DNA of 62,847 bases. It comes from Betaproteobacteria bacterium. Its GTDB lineage: Bacteria > Pseudomonadota > Gammaproteobacteria > Burkholderiales > Casimicrobiaceae. The stretch spans positions 1 through 62,847 of the forward strand of contig JBDTZQ010000001.1 of NCBI GenBank assembly GCA_040005035.1, given 5' to 3'. Positions 16,867 through 27,506 of this stretch are shown here, piece after piece. The position numbers and the translations under genes are program-made. The number at the start of each line of letters is the position of its first letter. Within the stretch, counting starts at the first letter, position 1. The notes beneath the pieces are model-generated. The model did no database searches. It was not told the DNA's origin and worked only from the letters and a program-made list of their open reading frames with translations.

Positions 16867-17220
16867 CTATTTACCCTTGTTGTCTTTGTTCATCGAATTG
16901 TTCGTACCCGCCGTGCCCGAGCCGTACATGCCGTAGATCTGGTCGCTGGTCAGGCCTTGGTTGGTCTTGTCGGCCGAGTCCCAGCGCTTTCCCGCTTCGT
17001 CCATGTACGCCTGGCGCGAAATGCGGCCATTGTGAGCTTTCGAATAGTCGGTCATCCACCCGGAAAATGTGTTCGGACCGGTGGCCTTCATGTTGTTGTC
17101 CGGCGCCGCGGGGTTGTTCATGCCCACTGCCGGAGTCGGGGTCGTCGTTTGAGCCGACACGGTCGTCGCAACGCCGAGGCCCAACAGGACTGCGGGGAAC
17201 AGCATCTGATACGTCTTCAT
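16867..17220 (-). CDS. secreted hypothetical protein with a degenerate EF-hand-like segment
   Basis: The signal peptide is MKTYQMLFPAVLLGLGVATTVSA. The mature part is GRISRQAYMDEAGKRWDSADKTNQGLTSDQI. The local GC content is lower. Confidence 0.55.
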   Translation of the reverse strand: MKTYQMLFPAVLLGLGVATTVSAQTTTPTPAVGMNNPAAPDNNMKATGPNTFSGWMTDYSKAHNGRISRQAYMDEAGKRWDSADKTNQGLTSDQIYGMYGSGTAGTNNSMNKDNKGK

Positions 17221-17454
17221 GGTTTGATTGCTCCTGCCTGGGCTCGTGCGCGCAAGCGGTAATGCGAGCGTCCGGACGCCTCACGACGCCCGACGGATCG
17301 CCAGTCTCTGCAGTGCTAGTTGATTTGCGGTTGCTGTGAGGTTGAAGGCACCGCGCAACCTAACCATAGCGGTTTGACCACGGGCCGACTATCGGACCTG
17401 CGCTGAAACGAGTGTAGGACGACTGTCCCCGTAGCGCAGCCTGAAAAGCAGCGA

Positions 17455-17922
17455 CTACGCGCTCTTCGAGCGCTTGCGAACGTCGACGTCCACAGCGTCG
17501 ATTTCGTCGCCGCGTGTGAAGTACCGCTGCACCGGCCGTGCCGACCGGAATTCCCGGGTGAGCAACGCGGTCGCTGCGCTCATGTCGACCGTCGAGCCGC
17601 AGGTGAACAGGTCGATCGCGGCATAGCGCTTCTCGGGCCAGGTATGAATCGCCAGGTGCGATTCGGCGATCACGACCACTCCGGAAATCCCCCACGGAGC
17701 GAACTTGTGAAACACGGTCTGGACGATCGTCGCCCGCGCCGCGCGTGCGGCAGCGATCATCGTCGCCTTGACCCATTCGAGGTCGTCCAGGCACTCGACG
17801 TCGCATTCGTAAAGGTCGAGCACGAGCTGCGAGCCGATCATCGACGGCTTGACAAGCTGCCGCGCATTGCCCGCAACCTCATGCAAAACCAGATGTTCCC
17901 GTGTCGCATTTTCCATTTTCAT
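17455..17922 (-). CDS. speD: S-adenosylmethionine decarboxylase proenzyme (small, SpeH-type)
   Basis: LVLDLYECD....L.DLEWV......AA..A.ATIV....HKFAPWGISGVVVIAESHLAIHTWPE contains the E-S self-cleavage site. A second ATG at 17916 is also a possible start. Confidence 0.85.
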   Translation of the reverse strand: MKMENATREHLVLHEVAGNARQLVKPSMIGSQLVLDLYECDVECLDDLEWVKATMIAAARAARATIVQTVFHKFAPWGISGVVVIAESHLAIHTWPEKRYAAIDLFTCGSTVDMSAATALLTREFRSARPVQRYFTRGDEIDAVDVDVRKRSKSA

Positions 17923-17942
17923 TCCTTGGGGCAGACCGCACG

Positions 17943-18341
17943 CTAGCGGGTGATCTTCGCCCGCTTCGATTTCTTCCGCTTCTTGCCCGGCGGCCGGCCG
18001 GTCTTCACGCTCTCCACCGCACTGACCACTTCCGCGAAGTTCTGGTCGGAGATCCGGGTCAGCGCATGCAGGCCGGCGCGCAGAAGCTCGCTTTTCTTCA
18101 CCGCGATTCCCATGCCGAGGCACTTCACTTTGAGCGACCCGATCAGCGCGTAGTCGGCCAGCGGCATGGTGAAGCTGTCGCGAACCACTCTCTGCGCCGT
18201 CTCGTCGAGTTGGGTCCCTGCGCCCGGTGGCGACCCGGCTGCGGCGTCCCCCACCGCAGCCCGGGCGCTCGCGTCGGCCGCGTCCGGGAGGGCATGCCGG
18301 CTTCGCGCCAAAGCGCCGGAACGCACGCGTTTCCTGATCAT
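17943..18341 (-). CDS. hypothetical basic protein (possible DNA-binding), upstream of speD
   Basis: This 132-aa ORF has a KKRKKSKRAK tail. It is 20 nt upstream of speD on the same strand. No family was recognised. Confidence 0.45.
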   Translation of the reverse strand: MIRKRVRSGALARSRHALPDAADASARAAVGDAAAGSPPGAGTQLDETAQRVVRDSFTMPLADYALIGSLKVKCLGMGIAVKKSELLRAGLHALTRISDQNFAEVVSAVESVKTGRPPGKKRKKSKRAKITR

Positions 18342-18574
18342 TGCTGCTCCTCTTGCCGCCTCGAGAGTGTCATCGGGCCATCATGGTATACGATATATAC
18401 GGTTTACACAATATCTGCGACTAGCTCGATCCTGTGACGGGGTGCGATGGGGAGTGCCGCTTGAGTTGGCCGCTCCGGCTGGTTTTGCAAGACAATGGGG
18501 GTCGCGGAAGCCGTCGACGAGCCGCCCGGCACTGCGCTTCCCGATAGCCGCAAACCACTTCTCAGGAGACCACG

Positions 18575-21500
18575 ATGAGCACCGCCGTGGAGCCGCATCG
18601 CCCGCCCCAGCTAGACGAAGTCCTGAAACTCGCCGGCGCCAAGGCGGGCGTCGGCGAGCGCGACCAGGTCTCGGCGTTCGTCGAGCGCTATTACGGGCAC
18701 GCCGACCCGGAGGACCTCGCCAATCGCGCGCCGGCGGATCTCTACGGCGCCGCGCTCTCCCAATGGAAATTCGCACACAAGCGCGAGCCCGGACGCGCCA
18801 AGGTGCGGGTGTTCAATCCCGCCGTCGCCGAGCACGGATGGCAGTCGACGCACACCGTGGTCGAGATCGTCAACGACGACATGCCGTTCCTGGTCGATTC
18901 GGTTTCGATGGAGATCAACCGGCACGGCCTCGGACTGCACCTGCTGGTGCACCCGATCGTCGCGGTCATCCGCGACGCTGGCGGTGTGCTGAAGGGCGAC
19001 GCCGCCGACAATGCGAAGGGCTCGACGCTCGAATCCTTCATCCATGTCGAGGTCGACCGCCTGTCGGACGCCTCCGCGCTGGACGCGCTTGCCGCCGACA
19101 TCGTTCGCGTGCTCGACGATGTGCGCGCGGCGGTGACCGACTGGGCGGCGATGCGTGCGCAGGTCGGCGTGGTGCTCGGCGACATCGGCAAGCGCGCGCC
19201 GCCGCTGCCCGCCGACGAGATCGCCGAAGGCAGCGCGTTCCTGTCGTGGCTCGCCGAGAACAACTTCACCTTCCTCGGCTACCGCCGCCATGAGCTCGTC
19301 ACCATCGACGGCGAGGATGCGCTCAAGGTCGTGCCCGGCTCGAGCATGGGGATCCTGCGCGCGAGCGAAGGGCGCGAGGTCGCCGCGAGCTTCGCGGCGC
19401 TGCCGCCGGAAGTGAAGGCCTACGCGCGCCGGCCGGAGCTTCTGGTCGTCACCAAGTCAACGTCGCGCTCGACGGTGCACCGGCCCGGCTACCTCGACTA
19501 CGTCGCGGTCAAGCGCTTCGACGCGAAGGGCAACGTTTGCGGCGAGGATCGCTTTCTCGGCATGTTCACGTCGATCGCGTACAGCGCGAATCCGGTCGAG
19601 ATTCCGCTGCTCCGCCGCAAGGTCGCCAACGTCATGGCGCGCGCCGGCGTGGCGCCAGGCAGCCACGCCGCCAAGGCGCTGGCCAATATCCTCACCACAT
19701 ACCCGCGCGACGAGCTGTTCCAGACCACCGAAGACGACCTGCTGGACACCGTTCTCGGCATCCTGCGGCTCGGTGAGCGCCAGCGCTTCCGCTTGTTTGT
19801 GCGCCGCGACGCGTTCGAGCGCTTCGTCGTCTGCCTTATTTACGTGCCGCGCGAGAACTACACCACCGACTTGCGCCAGAAATGGCAGGCGATCCTGATG
19901 CAGGCCTTCGCCGGGTCGAGCGCCGAGTTCAACGCGCACCTGTCCGAGTCGGTGCTGGCGCGCGTCATGATCACGGTGCGCACCACGCCGGGAAAGATTC
20001 CATCGTTCGACGTGCGCATGCTCGAGGCGCGCCTCGCCGCCGTGGCCAGGCGCTGGGACGACGACCTCAAGGTCGCGCTGGTGGAGGCCGTGGGCGAGGC
20101 GCGCGGCAGCGAATGGTTCAAGCGTTTCGCGGGCGCTTTTCCCGCCGGCTACCGCGAGGATTTTCCGGCGCGCGCCGCGGTCTCCGACATCGCGCTGATG
20201 GCGCAATTGTCCGCCGCGCAGCCGCTGGCGATGTCGCTCTACCGGCCGTCCGACGCGGCGCCCGGGATGCTGCGCTTCAAGCTGTTCAATCTCGGCGGGC
20301 CGGTGGCGTTGTCCGACAGCCTGCCGATGCTCGAGCACATGGGGCTCAAGGTGCTCGACGAGCGGCCGCATCGCGTCGTTGCGGAGGGCATGGCGCCGGT
20401 GTGGATGCACGACCTCGGCCTGGTGGCGCCGGCGGGCGACACCGAGATCGAAATCGGCTCGCTGCACAAAGTCTTCGAGTCGGCGTTCGGCCAGATCTTC
20501 CGCGGCGAGGTGGAAAACGACGACTTCAACCGCCTGGTGATCGCGGCGCGCTTGCCGGCGGAGGAGATCGTGATCCTGCGAGCGTGCGCGAAATACCTGC
20601 GCCAGATCGGCTTCGCGCTGTCGCAGTCCTTCATCCAATCGACGCTGGCGGCGCATGCAGGCATGGCACGACAGCTCGTCGAGTTGTTCAAGGTGCGCTT
20701 CGATCCCGACGGCGGCGCCGGCGCCGGGGCGCGTGCCGCTGAGCAGGTGAGGGCGATCGAGGCGGCGCTCGAGAACGTCGAGAACCTCTCGGAGGATCGC
20801 GTCCTGCGGCAGTACCTGGCGCTGATCCAGGCGATGACGCGGACCAATTTCTGGCGCCGAGCGCTGGGAAATGAGACGGATGGCGAGCCGCGCTCGTTCG
20901 TGTCGTTCAAGTTCGACCCGTCGAAGGTGCCGGGCTTGCCCGAGCCCAAGCCGATGTTCGAGATATTCGTGTACTCAACGCGTTTCGAAGGTGTGCATCT
21001 GCGCGGCGGCAAGGTTGCGCGCGGCGGACTGCGCTGGTCGGATCGTCCGGAGGATTTCCGCACCGAAGTCCTCGGGCTGGTGAAGGCGCAGATGGTCAAG
21101 AACACCGTGATCGTCCCGGTCGGTTCGAAAGGAGGCTTCGTGCTCAAGCGTGCGCCTTTAGCGACGGATCGCGAGGCGTTCATGAAGGAGGGCGTCGCCT
21201 GCTACAAGGATTATTTGCGCGGGCTGCTCGACATCACCGACAACCGCGTCGGCGACAAGATCGTGCCGCCGCCGCAGGTGAAGCGCCAGGATTCCGACGA
21301 TCCCTATCTGGTCGTCGCCGCCGACAAGGGCACCGCGACGTTTTCCGACTACGCCAACGGCATCAGCGCCGAGTACGGATTCTGGCTGGGCGACGCGTTT
21401 GCGTCGGGCGGTTCGGTGGGCTACGACCACAAGGCGATGGGCATCACCGCGCGCGGGGCGTGGGAGTCGGTGAAGCGGCACTTCCGTGAGATGGGCGTCG

Positions 21501-23413
21501 ACACCCAGACCACGGACTTTACAGTCGCAGGCATCGGCGACATGTCTGGGGACGTCTTCGGCAACGGCATGCTGCTGTCGCGCCACATTCGGTTGCTCGC
21601 GGCGTTCGATCACCGCCACATCTTTCTCGATCCGAGTCCGGATCCCGCGACGAGCTTTACCGAGCGCGAGCGCATGTTCAAGCTGCCGCGCTCGTCGTGG
21701 GCCGACTACGACGCCAAGCTCATCTCGGCGGGTGGCGGCATCCATGCGCGCAGCGCGAAATCGGTGCCCATCACTGCGCAGGTGAAGCAGGCGCTCGGCA
21801 TCAGCGTCGACGCGATGACGCCGACCGAGCTGGTCAACGCGATCCTCAAGGCGCCGGTCGACCTCATCTACAACGGTGGCATCGGCACCTACGTGAAAGC
21901 CGCCACCGAATCGCACGCGCAGGTAGGCGATCGCGCCAACGACGTGCTGCGCGTCAACGGGCGCGAGCTCCGCTGCAAGGTGGTCGCGGAGGGCGGCAAC
22001 CTCGGATGCACGCAGCTCGGGCGCATCGAGTACGCGCTGACGGGCGGGCGCATCAACACCGACGCCATCGACAATTCCGCCGGAGTCGACACCTCGGATC
22101 ACGAGGTCAACATCAAGATCCTGCTCGGCATTCTGATCGCCGACGGCGAGTTGACGCTGCAGCAGCGCAATACGCTGCTCGCGACGATGACCGACGACGT
22201 AGCCGCGCTGGTGCTGCGCGACAACACTTTCCAGACGCAGTCGCTGTCGGTGAGCAAGCGCATCGCGCCGCAGCTGCTCGACGCGAACCAGCGCTTCGTG
22301 CAGTTCCTGGAGAAGCTCGGGCGCCTGAATCGCGCGCTCGAGTTCCTGCCCGCGGACGACACGTTCGCCGAGCGCCGCGCCAATGGCATCGGCCTCACCA
22401 GTCCGGAACAGGCGGTGCTGCTCGCCTACAGCAAGATCTGGCTCTACGACGAATTGCTCGGCTCGCAACTGCCCGACGATTTGTGGGTGTCGACTGCGCT
22501 GGCGCGCTACTTTCCCAAGGCGCTGCGCGAGCGCTACGCCGCAACCATGCTGCGTCACCCGTTGAAGCGCGAGATCATCGCAACCTACGTCACCAACAGC
22601 ATGATTAACCGCGTCGGCGGGACGTTCGTGCATGGTCTGCTCGAGTCGACCGGCGCCAAGCCCTCGGAGATCGTCCGCGCGTACCTGCTCAACCGCGAGA
22701 TCTTCGGCTTCGTGAATCTCTGGATGGCGATCGAGGCGCTGGACAACAAGGTCGACGACGCCGTGCAGTCGGCGATGCTGATCGAGACCGGAAGGCTCAT
22801 CCAGCGCGGCACGACCTGGTTCCTGCGTTCGCGCCGGCTCGGCGAAGACATGGCCGCGAGCATCGCGCATTTCAATCCCGCGGTCGCCGCGCTGGCGGCG
22901 AGGCTCGCGCAGATGCAGGACGATGGCGAGCGCGCGCGCATCGACACCGCGGTCGCGTACTACGTCGCCAAGGGCGTGCCGGCGGACCTGGCTGCGCGCG
23001 TGGTCAGCTTCGACACGCTCTACGCCGCACTCGACATCATCGAGGTGGCGGACGCATCGAAGCGCGCGCCGGAATTCGTCGCCGAGCTGTACTTCGAGCT
23101 CTCCAATAGACTCGGGCTGGCGTGGATTCGCGAGAGGATCGCGGAGCTGCCGGGCGAGGCGCACTGGCAGCGTCTGGCGAAGGAGGCGATGCAGGACGAC
23201 CTGTCGGGACTGCAGCGCGCGATCACCGCGAATGTGCTCGCCGCCAACCCGGAGGTGACTGCTCGCGAGCGGCTGATCGGCGCGTGGCAGGATCGCAATC
23301 GGCGCGGCATCGAGCGCGCTGCGCAGCTCGTCGACGAGCTGCGCACGGCCGGTGCGGTCGATTCGGCGATGCTGTCGGTCGCGCTGCGCGAGCTCCGCGG
23401 CCTGGCCGGCTGA
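18575..23413 (+). CDS. gdhB: NAD-specific glutamate dehydrogenase, large (about 180 kDa) class
   Basis: This is a 1612-aa uninterrupted ORF with AGGAGA before the ATG. The catalytic core motifs of the large GDH family are present: RGGLRWSDR, KNTVIVPVGSKGGF, VVAADKGTATFSD, GGNLGCTQ. Confidence 0.95.
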   Translation: MSTAVEPHRPPQLDEVLKLAGAKAGVGERDQVSAFVERYYGHADPEDLANRAPADLYGAALSQWKFAHKREPGRAKVRVFNPAVAEHGWQSTHTVVEIVNDDMPFLVDSVSMEINRHGLGLHLLVHPIVAVIRDAGGVLKGDAADNAKGSTLESFIHVEVDRLSDASALDALAADIVRVLDDVRAAVTDWAAMRAQVGVVLGDIGKRAPPLPADEIAEGSAFLSWLAENNFTFLGYRRHELVTIDGEDALKVVPGSSMGILRASEGREVAASFAALPPEVKAYARRPELLVVTKSTSRSTVHRPGYLDYVAVKRFDAKGNVCGEDRFLGMFTSIAYSANPVEIPLLRRKVANVMARAGVAPGSHAAKALANILTTYPRDELFQTTEDDLLDTVLGILRLGERQRFRLFVRRDAFERFVVCLIYVPRENYTTDLRQKWQAILMQAFAGSSAEFNAHLSESVLARVMITVRTTPGKIPSFDVRMLEARLAAVARRWDDDLKVALVEAVGEARGSEWFKRFAGAFPAGYREDFPARAAVSDIALMAQLSAAQPLAMSLYRPSDAAPGMLRFKLFNLGGPVALSDSLPMLEHMGLKVLDERPHRVVAEGMAPVWMHDLGLVAPAGDTEIEIGSLHKVFESAFGQIFRGEVENDDFNRLVIAARLPAEEIVILRACAKYLRQIGFALSQSFIQSTLAAHAGMARQLVELFKVRFDPDGGAGAGARAAEQVRAIEAALENVENLSEDRVLRQYLALIQAMTRTNFWRRALGNETDGEPRSFVSFKFDPSKVPGLPEPKPMFEIFVYSTRFEGVHLRGGKVARGGLRWSDRPEDFRTEVLGLVKAQMVKNTVIVPVGSKGGFVLKRAPLATDREAFMKEGVACYKDYLRGLLDITDNRVGDKIVPPPQVKRQDSDDPYLVVAADKGTATFSDYANGISAEYGFWLGDAFASGGSVGYDHKAMGITARGAWESVKRHFREMGVDTQTTDFTVAGIGDMSGDVFGNGMLLSRHIRLLAAFDHRHIFLDPSPDPATSFTERERMFKLPRSSWADYDAKLISAGGGIHARSAKSVPITAQVKQALGISVDAMTPTELVNAILKAPVDLIYNGGIGTYVKAATESHAQVGDRANDVLRVNGRELRCKVVAEGGNLGCTQLGRIEYALTGGRINTDAIDNSAGVDTSDHEVNIKILLGILIADGELTLQQRNTLLATMTDDVAALVLRDNTFQTQSLSVSKRIAPQLLDANQRFVQFLEKLGRLNRALEFLPADDTFAERRANGIGLTSPEQAVLLAYSKIWLYDELLGSQLPDDLWVSTALARYFPKALRERYAATMLRHPLKREIIATYVTNSMINRVGGTFVHGLLESTGAKPSEIVRAYLLNREIFGFVNLWMAIEALDNKVDDAVQSAMLIETGRLIQRGTTWFLRSRRLGEDMAASIAHFNPAVAALAARLAQMQDDGERARIDTAVAYYVAKGVPADLAARVVSFDTLYAALDIIEVADASKRAPEFVAELYFELSNRLGLAWIRERIAELPGEAHWQRLAKEAMQDDLSGLQRAITANVLAANPEVTARERLIGAWQDRNRRGIERAAQLVDELRTAGAVDSAMLSVALRELRGLAG

Positions 23414-23463
23414 CGCGGCCTCACCGCAGCGCGGTCAAGCCCGCGAGGAAGTGCTGAGGCGCG

Positions 23464-24372
23464 CTACTGGCTGGCGGTGATGCCGCCGTCGACGTAGACG
23501 ATCTGCCCGGTGATGAAATCGGACGCCGGTGACGCGAGGAACACCGCGGCGCCGACCACGTCCTTCGGATCGGCGATGCGTCCCAAAGGGATGCGAGCGA
23601 GCAGCTGCCGCCTGAAATCCGGATCGTCCATCACGTGCCGGATCATCTCGGTGTAGACAAAAGTCGGCGCGATCCCGTTGACGTTGATTCCGTGCCGCGC
23701 CAGCTCCATCGCGTGCTGCTTGATCAGCATGACCAGCGCGCCCTTGGTGCTGCAGTAGGCTGAATAGCCGCGGTCGCGCAAGCCGAGCTGCGCGCGCACC
23801 GAAAGAAGGTGCATCTGCTTGCCGCCACGCTTTTCACCCACCGCGGCATCGATCTGGTGTCGCGCCACCGCCTGCGCGAGGAACATAGCGGCCTTCAGGT
23901 TGACCGCGACCACGTGGTCGAATGATTTCTCGGTCACCTTGCCGATCGGCTCCTCGATCTGCGTCCCCACGCAGTTCACCAGGATGTCGATCGCGCCGAA
24001 GCGCTTCGCGATCGCTGCGACGCTGCGCTCGCTCGCCGCGACGCGCGTGGTGTCGAGCGCGACACCGTGCGCGGCGTAGCCGGCCGCCGTGAGCTGCGTC
24101 GCCAGGCGGGCCGCCTTGGCACGGCTGCGCCCGGCGATCACCACCGTTGCGCCGCGCTGCGCGAGGCCCCACGCGATCGCCTCGCCGATGCCGCCGTAGC
24201 CGCCGGCGAGCAATGCGACCTTGCTGTGCAGATCGAACAGCGTCGCCAGCTCGCGATCGAAGTCGATCGACGGGGTGATGGAGGCGGCGCTTCGCGGGGT
24301 GACCTTGCGTCGGCGCTGCGGAGTCGAGGCGGCGGGGCGTTTGATCGTGCTCATGCCGGGCTCATTGGCCAC
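23464..24372 (-). CDS. SDR-family oxidoreductase with N-terminal extension
   Basis: The Rossmann motif is LLAGGYGGIGEAIAWGLAQRGATVVIAGRS. The catalytic YxxxK is YCSTKGAL. The C-terminus is GQIVYVDGGITA. An alternative ATG start lies at 24354. Confidence 0.85.
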   Translation of the reverse strand: MANEPGMSTIKRPAASTPQRRRKVTPRSAASITPSIDFDRELATLFDLHSKVALLAGGYGGIGEAIAWGLAQRGATVVIAGRSRAKAARLATQLTAAGYAAHGVALDTTRVAASERSVAAIAKRFGAIDILVNCVGTQIEEPIGKVTEKSFDHVVAVNLKAAMFLAQAVARHQIDAAVGEKRGGKQMHLLSVRAQLGLRDRGYSAYCSTKGALVMLIKQHAMELARHGINVNGIAPTFVYTEMIRHVMDDPDFRRQLLARIPLGRIADPKDVVGAAVFLASPASDFITGQIVYVDGGITASQ

Positions 24373-25000
24373 TTAGCTTGCCGAGATAGCGCGACACCCG
24401 CGGATCGGCGCACAGGCCCGGCAGGTCGGGTGCCGTCGTGACGCGTCCGTCGCCGACGAACAGGAAGCGCTCGCAGATCTCGCGCAGGATCGAGATGTGG
24501 AACTGTGCGGTCGGATGCAGGCAGATGAACACGAGCCGTCCTTCAGCGCGAAGCTTTCGGAAAAAATCAAGCATGAAACCGATGTAGCCATCCTGCGTGT
24601 TGAACTGCGGCTCGTCGAACAGGTGCACCTGCGGGTAGCTGCTGCGCGCGGCGTCGAGCAGGAACGACGGCACGCCGGCGCGGCGCTTTCGCACCTGGTA
24701 GGACTGGTGATAGTGGATCGCCAGCCGGTCGCGCTGGCCGGGCTTGATGCGATTCATGTCCTGGCCGGCGCAGACGACGCGTCCACTGCTCGGGACGTTG
24801 CTGCCGGCGATCATTTCGAACAGCGTCGTCTTGCCCGCGCCGTTGGGGCCCAGCACACCCACGATCTCCGGCCGATCGAACGCCATATCGGCAGCGAGCG
24901 AGAACGTGACGCGTCGGCGCAACACGCCGCGGCGATAGCGCTTGTGCACTTGGTCGAGCACGAGCAGCGGGCCGGTGGGATGGGGAGCACGTTGGGTCAT
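24362..25000 (-). CDS. ABC-type ATPase-like protein with a degenerate signature motif
   Basis: Walker A (GPNGAGKTT), Walker B (VHLFDEP) and the H-loop (FICLH) are present. No LSGGQ-like signature is visible between the Q-loop and Walker B; VPSFLLDAARS occupies that position. Confidence 0.7.
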   Translation of the reverse strand: MTQRAPHPTGPLLVLDQVHKRYRRGVLRRRVTFSLAADMAFDRPEIVGVLGPNGAGKTTLFEMIAGSNVPSSGRVVCAGQDMNRIKPGQRDRLAIHYHQSYQVRKRRAGVPSFLLDAARSSYPQVHLFDEPQFNTQDGYIGFMLDFFRKLRAEGRLVFICLHPTAQFHISILREICERFLFVGDGRVTTAPDLPGLCADPRVSRYLGKLSGQ

Positions 25001-25006
25001 GGGAGC

Positions 25007-25072
25007 TCAGTTGTCGCTCAGTTGTCGCTCAGTTGCCGCTCAGTTGCCATTCAGTTGCCACTCAGTTGCCAC

Positions 25073-25083
<11 letters not shown>
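25007..25083. repeat. seven head-to-tail 11-bp repeats TCAGTTG(T/C)C(G/A)N
   Basis: The units are tcagttgtcgc x2, tcagttgccgc, tcagttgccat, tcagttgccac x2 and tcagttgccaa. They fill the gap between the livF stop (inside the last unit) and the start of the ATPase-like gene. Confidence 0.9.
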
Positions 25084-25767
<684 letters not shown>

Positions 25768-25768
<1 letters not shown>

Positions 25769-26511
25769 CAGTTGAGCTTGCCCAGGTTGGAGTTCTTTAC
25801 CCATAGATTCTCGCGCAGCTCCGCGGGCGTGCCCTGCGCGATTACTTGCCCCCAGTGGATGACCGCGATGGTGTCGGCGAGCGCAAACAGGAATGCCATG
25901 TCGTGCTCGATCGCGACGATGGTCAGCGTGCCGCGCAGGCCGCGTATGAGGTCGGCAAGGCGCGCGGTCGCTTCGCGCCCCAGTCCCGAAGTCGGCTCGT
26001 CGAGACAGAGCACTTTGGGCTGCGACGCCAGCGCCACGCCGATCTCGAGCGCACGCCGGTCGCCGTACGACAGGTTTTTCGCCTGCGTGTGCTCCTTGCC
26101 GCGGAGCCCCACGCCCGCGAGCACGGCTTCGGCCTTGCCGGCGGCGTGCGCGTCGGCGCGCGCGCGTGCCAGCATCGAGAAGCCACGCGAGCGCATTTCC
26201 GGCACGGCGAGCACGACGTTCTCCAGGGCGCTGAAGTCGTTGAACAGGTTCATGATCTGGAACGAGCGCGACACGCCCTTGCGCGCGATCGCGCGCGGCG
26301 GCTCCCCCGTGATGTCGTCGCCGTCGAGCAGCACCGAGCCGCGATGCGGGCGGTAGCGCCCGCTCAGCACGTTGAACGTCGTGGTCTTGCCCGCGCCGTT
26401 GGGCCCCATGATGCCGGTGAAGCGGCGGTCCGCGAAGGTGAGCGAGATGTCTTCCAGCACGACGCGATTGCCGAAGCGCATGTGCAACCCGCGGGCCTCG
26501 AGTGTCGCCAT
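25768..26511 (-). CDS. livG: ABC transporter ATP-binding protein (LivG-like)
   Basis: The product MATLEARGLHMRFGNRVVLEDISL...GPNGAGKTT...LSYGDRRALEIGVALA...LCLDEPTSGL is the 3' part of track ORF 25768..27261. Confidence 0.9.
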
Positions 26512-26513
26512 GC

Positions 26514-27506
26514 TCAGGTCCCCGCCCGCGACGGCGCCGGCAGTGCGGCGCGCGCGCGACGCCGTGCCTGCAACGCCTGGAACATTCCCGCGACGCCTTC
26601 GGGCTTGAGCACGACGATCGCCATGAACATGAGCCCGTACCACAGCGACCACGTCGAAGTGAGCGCGCCCAGCGCGTCGCGCGCGATGAAAAAGATCGCG
26701 GCGCCGATCAGCGGTCCCCAGAAGCTGACCAGGCCGCCGCCGATCAGCGTCATCATCACCACGAAGCCCGACGAGTGAAGGCTCATCACGTCGGGGAACG
26801 CGCCGAGCTGCGCGAGCGCGAACAGCGCGCCCGCCAGCCCCGAGAGCGCCGCCGAGACGACGAACGCCAGCCACTTGTACAGCCAGACGTGGTAGCCGAC
26901 GAAGGCGACCCGGGTCTCGTTCTGGCGGATCGCCTGGACGACTCGCCCGTACGGCGAATGCACCATCCGCCACAGCAGCGCCGTCACCGCCACGCTCACC
27001 GCGAGCACGAAGTAGTAGAGAGACACGTTGTCGGTGAGCGGGATCGAGGCCACGCCCAGCTCGACCGGAAGCCGCTTCAATCCCAGCAGGCCGTCCTCGC
27101 CGCCGGTCACGCTGTGCCACTTGATGGCGACGAACCAGAAGATCTGGCAGAAGGCGATGGTCATGAGCGCGTAGTAGATGCCGCGGCGGTGCGAGATGAA
27201 CGTCGCCACCAGCGCGCCGCAGAGCGCCGCCGCGAGAACCGCGCCGCCCAGGTCGATCCACAGATTCGCCGCGACGTATTTCTGCGTCAATCCGAACGCG
27301 TAGGCGCCGACGCCGAAATACGCACCGTGTCCGAATGAGGGCAGGCCGGTGTATCCCAGCAGCAGGTTATACGACAGCGCGTAGAGTCCCCACACCAGGA
27401 TTTCGATCCCGAGGTACTGGTAAAGGCCGACGCGAGCGATCCAGAAAGGCAGCGTCGCCAACGCGAGCGCCAGCAGTGCGAGGGCGGACTTTTGCGCGGT
27501 CGTCAT
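26514..27506 (-). CDS. livM: ABC transporter permease (LivM-like)
   Basis: The product is a multi-TM permease: LSYNLLLGYTGLPSFGHGAYFGVGAY...IRQNETRVAFVGY. An ATGA overlap joins it to the livH-like stop. Confidence 0.9.
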   Translation of the reverse strand: MTTAQKSALALLALALATLPFWIARVGLYQYLGIEILVWGLYALSYNLLLGYTGLPSFGHGAYFGVGAYAFGLTQKYVAANLWIDLGGAVLAAALCGALVATFISHRRGIYYALMTIAFCQIFWFVAIKWHSVTGGEDGLLGLKRLPVELGVASIPLTDNVSLYYFVLAVSVAVTALLWRMVHSPYGRVVQAIRQNETRVAFVGYHVWLYKWLAFVVSAALSGLAGALFALAQLGAFPDVMSLHSSGFVVMMTLIGGGLVSFWGPLIGAAIFFIARDALGALTSTWSLWYGLMFMAIVVLKPEGVAGMFQALQARRRARAALPAPSRAGT

